Assembly: GCA_002269645.1 (NCBI GenBank) | Contig: NIVC01001350.1 | Span: forward strand, 124,001 to 188,000 | DNA: 64,000 nt | Direction: 5' to 3' | Origin: Macrostomum lignano | Lineage: Eukaryota | Shown here: positions 55,353 through 64,000 of the stretch, piece by piece | How the letters are laid out: each line of letters starts with the position of its first letter | How positions within the stretch are numbered: the stretch's first letter is position 1 | Translations under genes and position numbers: made by a program | Notes under the pieces: model-generated | Database searches by the model: none | Seen by the model: the letters and a program-made list of their open reading frames with translations, nothing else | Told to the model about the DNA's origin: nothing

Positions 55353-55452
55353 TATTGGTTGATTAGTTGAATGATTGATCGATTGATCGATTGACTGATT
55401 GATTGAATGATTAGTTGATTGATTGATTGGTTGGGTGATTTATTGATTGATT
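55200..55452. repeat. (GATT)n microsatellite, resumed at 58078-58160 beyond the LTR-like insertion
   Basis: GATT runs on both sides of 55453-58077. Confidence 0.9.
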
Positions 55453-56411
55453 TGATGTAACCGCCCTTGTCGCCCGTCCGCTCCGCTGGGAGGCGAACGT
55501 ATGACCAGAGGGGCCATGACCGTAGGCTGCCTATGACCGGGCAATGGCCTGACGGACCTCCAGCACCAGACTGTCCCGGCCACATGATTGATAGCTTTGG
55601 TAGCGCTTTCGTGACAAGAGGGCCAAGGACCCACATGGACCCCACCTGTAGCCAAGGTGCAATAGTCTGTCACTCGGTCAGAGCATGACCTGACCGAGTG
55701 GCTGCCACCACTCTATGTGACCTGGCGCACCTGGATCTTACTACCAGACCTCTCGAGGCTAGAGCCCCGCCTAGGATGGTTACCAGGAGATTTAGGCTAA
55801 CAGGGGAGACACATGCAGCCGAGTACAGGGACTCTGCTTGAGGCATGATCGGGAACTCTGGGCTCAATCTGGAGGATTTCTCAGCAGGGGATCCTTTGTG
55901 GCTGTGAGCGAGGCGGACTTGCGGCTTCAATTACTAAGAGTAGTATGAGGCGAACATGTACTGTCTATAGTTTAGATTGCTCAGGGCGAAGGGACGCGTC
56001 AGCATGGGGTTGCAACCTTCCTACTGCCATTCTGTGCCAAGACTCACTAATTCCCTCTACTGCCCTCACACACGGACCCGCAGCACGCACACACAGGCGA
56101 GCTTTGCACGGGGAGAGGCCATTAGCTTACCCAAACTTCCTTATGCTTTGCCACCCAGGGAGAAAGGCATAGCAAGCCATGAATGAAATGATGGTGAAAG
56201 AGTGAATAATGAGGAGTTTAGTAATGGTTAATAATTAGGCCCTTAGGCAAATAATCAGGCAATTAGGCGGCTTCACTATTGAGTAAAATACAGCAAAAAG
56301 TTACGGTATCACAATTTGCTCAGCTCTCTAATCAAGCAATGGGAAATAAGCAAACCCCGGATAAGCAAAGGCAATTAGAGCACAAATTAGTACAGGAACT
56401 CACCGGCAGCT

Positions 56412-56500
<89 letters not shown>

Positions 56501-58077
56501 CGGAGTGACCGAGGGCGGCTGTTGGCTGCAGACAGGCAGACTGTGAAGCGGCGATGCGCTGAAGCGACGAGGCGCTGATGTAGTTCAGGCAATGCTGAAT
56601 ATGCTGGGCGGTAACAGACCGCGGACCGGCAGATGAGCTCACTTGGGGAGCTGAGGTAACTTGGCGGTAACAGACCGCGGGCTGGCAGAGGTTCGTCCTA
56701 GACGAATGGGTCAGATCGGTGTCTGACAGCGTCATGAATCGGGCGCCATGTAGAGAAAACTAACGATTGAATTATGAGATATTTAATTGGAGTTAAATTG
56801 AATCTAAGATAAGCCAGTAAGTGGGCGCAGGGCCCAAACAAGTATATTTATACCAGACATTAACTTAGGGGGTTTGAATTGCAGATAATAAAGAGAGGGG
56901 GTGGAGTGCGCGACTGAGGAAAGAGGCGAGAACGGAGAGCCAATCAGAACGCAGCAAGGGAGAGAGAGAGATAAGAATAACAAGATTGAGCTGGACAGAG
57001 AAGAGAGAAAACAGAGTAAACAGAGACAAGTGAAGGTGAACTAAGAAATGACTAGGAAAGTCGCGACACAGCGAGTCCACAGTAGGACGAGAAGGAACGC
57101 GAAGTCTGAGGGTTCTCACGCCGAAAACCGCTTCCTTAAATAGCCTTCCCAGCCGCCGCTCCAAGGTCGTTTCCATGACTCCCTCTCTCTGATTGGCTGC
57201 CGGCGAAATGACGTCAGAATGAGTCAGAATGAGAAGTATGAGAACGACGGCATAGCAACATGAGAAATGGGGAAATTGCGCAATCCGGAGGTGGGGTGGG
57301 GGATAATTGACGCAGCGGGAGGTCGAGAAAGTGTTGCGCAAGCAAACATTGAGAACAATGGGGCTGGGGTCAAGAACAAAGGAAATGGAAATCGGGGATT
57401 ATTGAGGAGAACCGAAAACAATAGAAAAGCAAACATTGGAAAAAAGGTGCTAATTGGGTGCGAAAAGGAGAACAATAGAGAGAGAAAATCGGAGAAAATG
57501 TGATAATTAGGTGCGAAGACGAGAACAAAAGAATAAAAAACGAGAACAATAGAAGCGGAGGTGGGGTGGGTGTCGCATGAGAAATATTGGGAGGAGAACA
57601 ATGGCATGAGAAGAGGTTGCGCAAGAGGGGGTGATGAGTCATCGATGAGTCATCGAGGGGAAGGAGGGGTCAGAGGCCTTGCGTCACCGTTTGGGAGTTT
57701 AATAAGGGATGGGGTGACGGTGAGCGCCCAAAGTACTGTAAGTAGGCACGGGATGAGAGGGGACAGCGCAGGAAAAACAGACCAAAAAGAGACAAAAGGA
57801 TGGGAAGCGGGAGATGCACATGGTAGATAGGGTAGAGCGCATGGGAAACGGGGAGGCGGGTGAGGTGCAGTAAGAAAACGGGGCTCCGGAAAGGCATGTG
57901 TGGCGGAGTGGGAGCCGGAGACGAGACAGCAGGGGGGTGCAGCAGAGCGGGAGTCAGCAGGTCTGGTCAAGTACCTGGCCCAGTCTCGACGGCTCTGCCC
58001 AGTAGGTGCACGGAGATTGGAGGTACTTTCGAAAAATTTCCCTTGCCATATCCCGCGACCAGAGCGTGGTTACATCA
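55453..58077 (-). mobile_element. Probable solo LTR (2,625 bp) inserted in a GATT microsatellite
   Basis: Perfect 10-bp inverted termini TGATGTAACC...GGTTACATCA (TG...CA); flanks GATT/TATT (4-bp TSD with one mismatch); minus-strand TATTTAA near 57137 with CCAAT, CRE and AP-1 motifs upstream; internal (GA)n at 56416-56497; no retroelement ORF. Confidence 0.7.
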
Positions 58078-58964
58078 TATTGATTTATTTATTGACTAAT
58101 TGATTGATTAGTTTTTTGTTTTATTGATTGATTGATTGATTGAGGGGTTGATTCATTGATTAATTGGTTGATTACCTCTTAGTTATGTGAAAGTCACTAA
58201 TTAAGATCTGTTTTCGCATTTATCCCAGGCCCAAAGCCATCCCAAACTTGTGACAGTTCTACAATATGCTGAGCAGCTCATTAAAGGATTTCCAAGTAGT
58301 ATTTGTGTGTGATGGAATTCTCAAACGTAATTCTTGTTATTCAGCTGTTGATATTTAAGACTCATAACTCTAGAAAGTGGAGCTGTTTCAGAAAAATTGA
58401 ATAAATGTTTCTGTTAACAGTTAATATTTGTTTTAATCGGACTTAATTTTACGCTTTAAAAAGTCTTTAATAAAAATAACATGGCGCCACACTTTAATAC
58501 TATAATTTCTATTAAAAATAATATTTTGTATGTTGAATATTAAATAAATATGCTGACACACTACTGTTAAATTTTAAAATTAAGTAGTAAACACGAAAAA
58601 TATCACATTTATGGCCCGTTCGGCTTTTGTATGGTCTCTTTTGTATGAAACTTAGTAATGAGTCTTTGGAAATGAGAGTGCCAATATTGCAAAACTTTCA
58701 CAAATAGAAGTTGAATCCAAAGTGCATAAATTTTAATGCAATTCAAATATTGCAACTAGCATGATGTCTATTAAAATTTACAGCAAATATAATTGACATT
58801 TTTAGAAATTTTAAAAATAACATCAAATTTGTTTTGGCCAATGCGACAAGTTAGTGTTTAAAATGTTTTGCGACGTTCATTTTCATAGAAAAAATTAAAG
58901 GGAGTGGCGAGGAAAATCTAGAGAAGAAAAGTGAAAAGAAGAAAAGTGGAAAATCGAAAGAAAA

Positions 58965-60075
58965 GTGGAGAGTGGAGAGTGGAGAGGGGAGAGTCGAGAG
59001 TGGAGAGGGGAGAGTGGAGAGTGGAGAGTGGAGAGTGGAGAGTGGAGAGTGGAGAGTGGAGAGGGGAGAGTGGAGAATGGAGAGGGGAGAGTGGAGAGGG
59101 TAGAGTGGAGAGGGGAGAGGGGAGAGTGGAGAGTGGAGAGGGGAGAGTGGAGAGGGGAGAGTGGAGAGTGGAGAGGGGAGAGTGGAGAATGGAGAGTGGA
59201 GAGGAGAGAGTGGAGAGTGGAGAGGGGAGAGTGGAGAATGGAGAGTGGAGAGTGGAGAATGGAGAGTGGAGAGGAGAGAGTGGAGAGTGGAGAGGGGAGA
59301 GGGGAGAGTGGAGAGTGGAGAGGGGAGAGTGGAGAGGGGAGAGTGGAGAGTGGAGAGGGGAGAGTGGAGAATGGAGAGTGGAGAGGAGAGAGTGGAGAGT
59401 GGAGAGGGGAGAGTGGAGAATGGAGAGTGGAGAGTGGAGAATGGAGAGTGGAGAGGAGAGAGTGGAGAGTGGAGAGGGGAGAGTGGAGAATGGAGAGTGG
59501 AGAGGGGAGAGTGGAGAGTGGAGAGTGGAGAGGGGAGAGTGGAGAATGGAGAGGGGAGAGTGGAGAGTGGAGAGGGGTGAGTGGAGAGGGGAGAGGGGAG
59601 AGGGGAGAGGGGAGAGTGGAGAGTGGAGAGTGGAGAGTGGAGAGGGGAGAGTGGAGAGTGGAGAGGGGAGAGTGGAGAGTGGAGAATGGAGAGTGGAGAG
59701 GGGAGAGTGGAGAGTGAAGAGGGGAGAGTGGAGAGTGGAGAGGGGAGAATGGAGAGTGGAGAGGGGTGAGTGGAGAGGGGAGAGGGGAGAGGGGAGAGGG
59801 AGAGTGGAGAGTGGAGAGTGGAGAGTGGAGAGGGGTGAGTGGAGAGTGGAGAGGGGAGAGTGGAGAGTGGAGAGGGGAGAGTGGAGAGTGGAGAGGGGTG
59901 AGTGGAGAGGGGAGAGTGGAGAGTGGAGAGTGGAGAGTGGAGAGTGGAGAATGGAGAGTGGAGAGGGGAGAGGGGAGAGTGGAGAGTGGAGAGGGGAGAG
60001 TGGAGAGTGGAGAGGGGAGAGTGGAGAGTGGAGAGGGTGAGTGAGTGGAGAGTGGAGAGGAGTGAGTGGAGAGGG
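58965..60075. repeat. Purine-rich 7-bp satellite (GAGAGTG/GAGAGGG)n
   Basis: Source of the ORFs 58918..60141 and 58931..60040. Confidence 0.95.
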
Positions 60076-60373
60076 TAGAGGTAGCCGATTCAGTGCTTTA
60101 AGCGATAAATGGAGCTTATACTGTAGAGCAAGTCCTCGCATCTCCAGAGATCAAGACTCAAAGTTTAATGGGGACAAAAACATAAACTACCGAGCCGAAT
60201 AACACCGAGTTTCGAAAATCTATCCAAAAACAGAAGTTTTATACGCGGGTAGCAGAAAACAAACTAAAAACACAGCGGATAGACGGACATGCCGATGTTC
60301 AGAAGAGGCTGTTCATGCGTTTCAGATCGACCTGTTAACTTGAATTCATTGGACAAAGCTGCTCAAAAACTGC

Positions 60374-63300
60374 TCAGTCAGTTTTCTTATCTTTGGCGGT
60401 GTTCATGAAGGTCGCTATCAGGTCGATGGGCAGCGGGAAGATTATGGTGGAATTCTTCTCGGCAGAGATGCCCGTCAGAGTCTGCAGGTAGCGCAGCTGC
60501 AGGGCCGCTGGCGACGAGCTGATGACGTCACTGGCCTCTTTCAGGGCCACCGAGGCGCGCTGCTCACCCTCGGCCGCGATCACCTGCGAATGACGGGGGC
60601 GAGGTGGCGTGACGCTCGCCTGTGTCTGTCACTCCGTCAATCTGTCACTCCGTCAATCTGTCACTCCGTCAATCTGTCACCTTGTCAATCTGTCACTCCG
60701 TCAATCTGTCACTCCGTCAATCTGTCACTCCGTCAATCTGTCAATCCGTCAATCTGTCACTTCGTCAATCTGTCATTCCGTCAATCTGTCAATCCGTCAA
60801 TCTGTCACTTTGTCAATCTGTCACTTTGTCAATCTGTCACTTTGTCAATCTGTCACTTTGTCAATCTGTCACTCCGTCAATCTGTCACTCCGACAATCTG
60901 TCACCTTGTCAATCTGTCACTTTGTCAATCTGTCACTCCGTCAATCTCTCACTCCGTCAATCTGTCACTTTGTCAATCTGTCACTCCGACAATCTGTCAC
61001 CTTGTCAATCTGTCACTTTGTCAATCTGTCACTCCGTCAATCTGTCACTTTGTCAATCTGTCACTCCATCAATCTGTCACTCCGTCAATCTGTCACTCCG
61101 TCAATCTGTCACTCCGTCAATCTGTCACTCCGTCAATCTGTCAATCCGTCAATCTGTCACTCCGTCAATCTGTCACTTTGTCAATCTGTCACTTTGTCAA
61201 TCTGTCACTTTGTCAATCTGTCACTCCGTCAATCTGTCACTTTGTCAATCTGTCACTTTGTCAATCTGTCACTTTGTCAATCTGTCACTCCGTCAATCTG
61301 TCACTTTGTCAATCTGTCACTTTGCCAATCTGTCACTCCGTCAATCTGTCACTTTGTCAATCCGTCACTTTGTCAATCTGTCACTTTGTCAATCTGTCAC
61401 TTTTTCAATCTGTCACTCCGTCAATCTGTCACTTTATCAATCTGTCACTCCGTCAATCTGTCAATCCGTCAATCTGGCACTCCGTCAATCTGTCAATCCG
61501 CCAATCTGTCACTCCGTCAATCTGTCGATCCGTCAATCTGTCACTCCGTCAATCTTTCACTCCGTCAATCTGTCACTTTGTCAATCTAACACTCTATCAC
61601 AGATACAGTGTCATTACACTGTCAATTTTCCCTTTGCAAAAAAGTTACCTCATCGATCTGTCACTCCACAAATCTTTCACTCCATCAGTCTGTCACTCAT
61701 TCACTCCATCAGACAGTCTGTCACTCATTCACTCCATCAGACAGTCTGTCACTCATTCACTCCATCAGTCTGTCACTCATTCACTCCATCAGACAGTCTG
61801 TCACTCATTCACTCCATCAGACAGTCTGTCACTCATTCACTCCATCAGTCTGTCACTCATTCACTCCATCAGACAGTCTGTCACTCATTCACTCCATCAG
61901 ACAGTCTGTCACTCATTCACTCCATCAGTCTTTCACTCATTCACTCCACGAACCTTGGCGCGGGCCTCCCTGTCGGCCTCGGCTTCGGCAGCCATGGCCC
62001 TCTGCAGCTGAACCGGCAGGCGGACATCCTTGCTGCAATGATTAATAATGCTCAGGATTTTAACTTGACTTTTTTTGCTTGTCAACACGCTACTTATACA
62101 GTAAGTAGTAACAAATGTTTACTTACATTTCAACTCGCTCAACTTTGATACCCCAGGCTACGGTGGCTTCGTCAAGGGCAGTCTGAAATCAGATTGAAGT
62201 TGCGACCGGTAATACTGAACTTACTATCGAGGAGAGAAATCAGAGTCAGGGAGAGATGAAGAGAGTCAGGGAGGGATGGAGAAAGTCAGGGAGAGATGGA
62301 GAGAGTCAGGGAGAGATGGAGAGAGTCAGGGAGGGATGGAGAGAGTCAGGGAGAGATGGAGAGAGTCAGGGAGAGATGGAGAGAGTCAGGGAGAGATGGA
62401 GAAAGTCAGGGAGAGATGGAGAGAGTCAGGGAGAGATGGAGAGTCTGCCTGGCTGCTACTACTGCAAAGTGGAGCTGGTGGTAGCCATGGCTGCTCAGAA
62501 AGTCAGGGAGAGATGGAGAGAGTCAGAGAGAGATGGAGAGAGTCAGGGAGAGATGGAGAGAGTCAGGGAGAGATGGAGAAAGTCAGGGAGAGATGGAGAG
62601 AGTCAGGGAGAGATGGAGAGAGTCAGGGAGGGATGGAGAAAGTCAGGGAGAGATGGAGAGAGTCAGGGAGAGATGGAGAGTCTGCCTGGCTGCTACTACT
62701 GCAAAGTGGAGCTGGTGGTAGCCATGGCTGCTCAGAAAGTCAGGGAGAGATGGAGAGAGTCAGAGAGAGATGGAGAGAGTCAGGGAGAGATGGAGAGAGT
62801 CAGGGAGAGATGGAGAAAGTCAGGGAGGGATGGAGAAAGTCAGGGAGAGATGGAGAGAGTCAGAGAGAGATGGAGAGAGTCAGGGAGAGATGGAGAAAGT
62901 CAGGGAGAGATGGAGAAAGTCAGGGAGAGATGGAGAGAGTCAGGGAGAGATGGAGAAAGTCAGGGAGAGATGGAGAAAGTCAGGGAGAGATGGAGAGAGT
63001 CAGGGAGGGATGGAGAGAGTCAGGGAGAGATGGAGAGAGTCAGGGAGAGATGGAGAGAGTCAGAGAGGGATGGAGAAAGTCAGGGAGAGATGGAGAGAGT
63101 CAGGGAGGGATGGAGAGAGTCAGGGAGAGATGGAGAAAGTCAGGGAGAGATGGAGAGAGTCAGGGAGAGATGGAGAAAGTCAGGGAGGGATGGAGAAAGT
63201 CAGGGAGAGATGGAGAGAGTCAGGGAGGGATGGAGAAAGTCAGGGAGAGATGGAGAAAGTCAGGGAGAGATGGAGAAAGTCAGGGAGAGATGGAGAAAGT

Positions 63301-63855
63301 CAGGGAGAGATGGAGAAAGTCAGGGGAGATGGAGAGAGTCAGGGAGAGATGGAGAGAGTCAGGGAGGGATGGAGAGAGTCAGGGAGGGATGGAGAAAGTC
63401 AGGGAGAGATGGAGAGAGTCAGAGAGGGATGGAGAAAGTCAGGGAGAGATGGAGAGAGTCAGGGAGGGATGGAGAGAGTCAGGGAGAGATGGAGAAAGTC
63501 AGGGAGAGATGGAGAGAGTCAGGGAGAGATGGAGAGAGTCAGGGAGGGATGGAGAAAGTCAGGGAGAGATGGAGAGAGTCAGGGAGAGATGGAGAGTCTG
63601 CCTGGCTGCTACTACTGCAAAGTGGAGCTGGTGGTAGCCATGGCTGCTCACCTGCATGGAGTTGCTGATGCTCTCCCGTTCGGACAGGATCTCGGCCAGG
63701 TTCTTGGTGCCTAGCACGTTCCTCAGGGTGGTTTGGGCCAGCAGCCTGGTGGAGTGGTGCGCGTTCTCCACGTTTGCCACCGAGACTGTGGCATTGTTGA
63801 CTCGGTAATACACCACAGCGTCCACGCTGACGGTGACGGAGTCCTTAGTGAGCAC
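60374..63855 (-). CDS. STOM: Stomatin/band-7 (SPFH) family protein, 5'-partial; join(complement 63855..63652, 62182..62127, 62032..61954, 60583..60374)
   Basis: [127 protein letters not shown]; all junctions GT-AG and in phase. Upstream exons lie outside the window. Confidence 0.97.
60620..61950. repeat. 16-bp (TCAATCTGTCACTCCG)n array followed by a related ~28-bp array in the last stomatin intron
   Basis: Two arrays (60620-61590, 61680-61950) sharing the CTGTCACTC core. Confidence 0.95.
62240..63595. repeat. 22-bp (GGAGAGAGTCAGGGAGAGAT-type) minisatellite in a stomatin intron, with two embedded copies of the intron 5' end
   Basis: Tandem copies; unique 55-bp block at about 62444-62497, 62681-62734 and 63597-63650. 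Confidence 0.95.
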
Positions 63856-63884
63856 CTGGACAGAGGGCCGGTCTAGGGTTGCAG

Positions 63885-64000
<116 letters not shown>

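Noticed and set aside
58918-63714. Long ORFs 58918..60141, 60590..62148 and 62256..63714
   Set aside because: Satellite translations, antisense to or within stomatin introns.

Overview
Eukaryotic (animal) genomic DNA. GC-rich exons are separated by introns and spacers that each carry a different mini- or microsatellite, an architecture reminiscent of the flatworm Macrostomum (inference, not proven). Most long ORFs in the supplied track are translations of these repeats. Spliced genes supported by the sequence: a Scratch-family C2H2 factor (3869-9913, +), MEAF6/Eaf6 (30128-31772, +), a zinc-finger plus possible PH-like-domain protein (36522-38461, +), a ~271-aa protein ending in a proteasome HbYX-type tail (40839-42113, +), a Ly6/three-finger GPI protein (44049-45305, -, partial, probable GC-AG intron), SPATA6-like (48727-50441, -), a secreted class-3 lipase (52750-55113, +) and the 3' part of a stomatin (60374-63855, -). 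The main mobile feature is a complete 13.9-kb Mutator-like element (14467-28379) with a perfect 9-bp TSD and TIRs built from 72-bp tandem units. Its transposase carries SWIM, an (AERLAE)n coiled-coil repeat, an AT-hook and a PHD finger, and it hosts a nested TA-TSD DNA element and LTR-like pieces. Also present: a probable solo LTR (55453-58077), a tRNA-derived SINE, an RTE fragment and a foldback hairpin.
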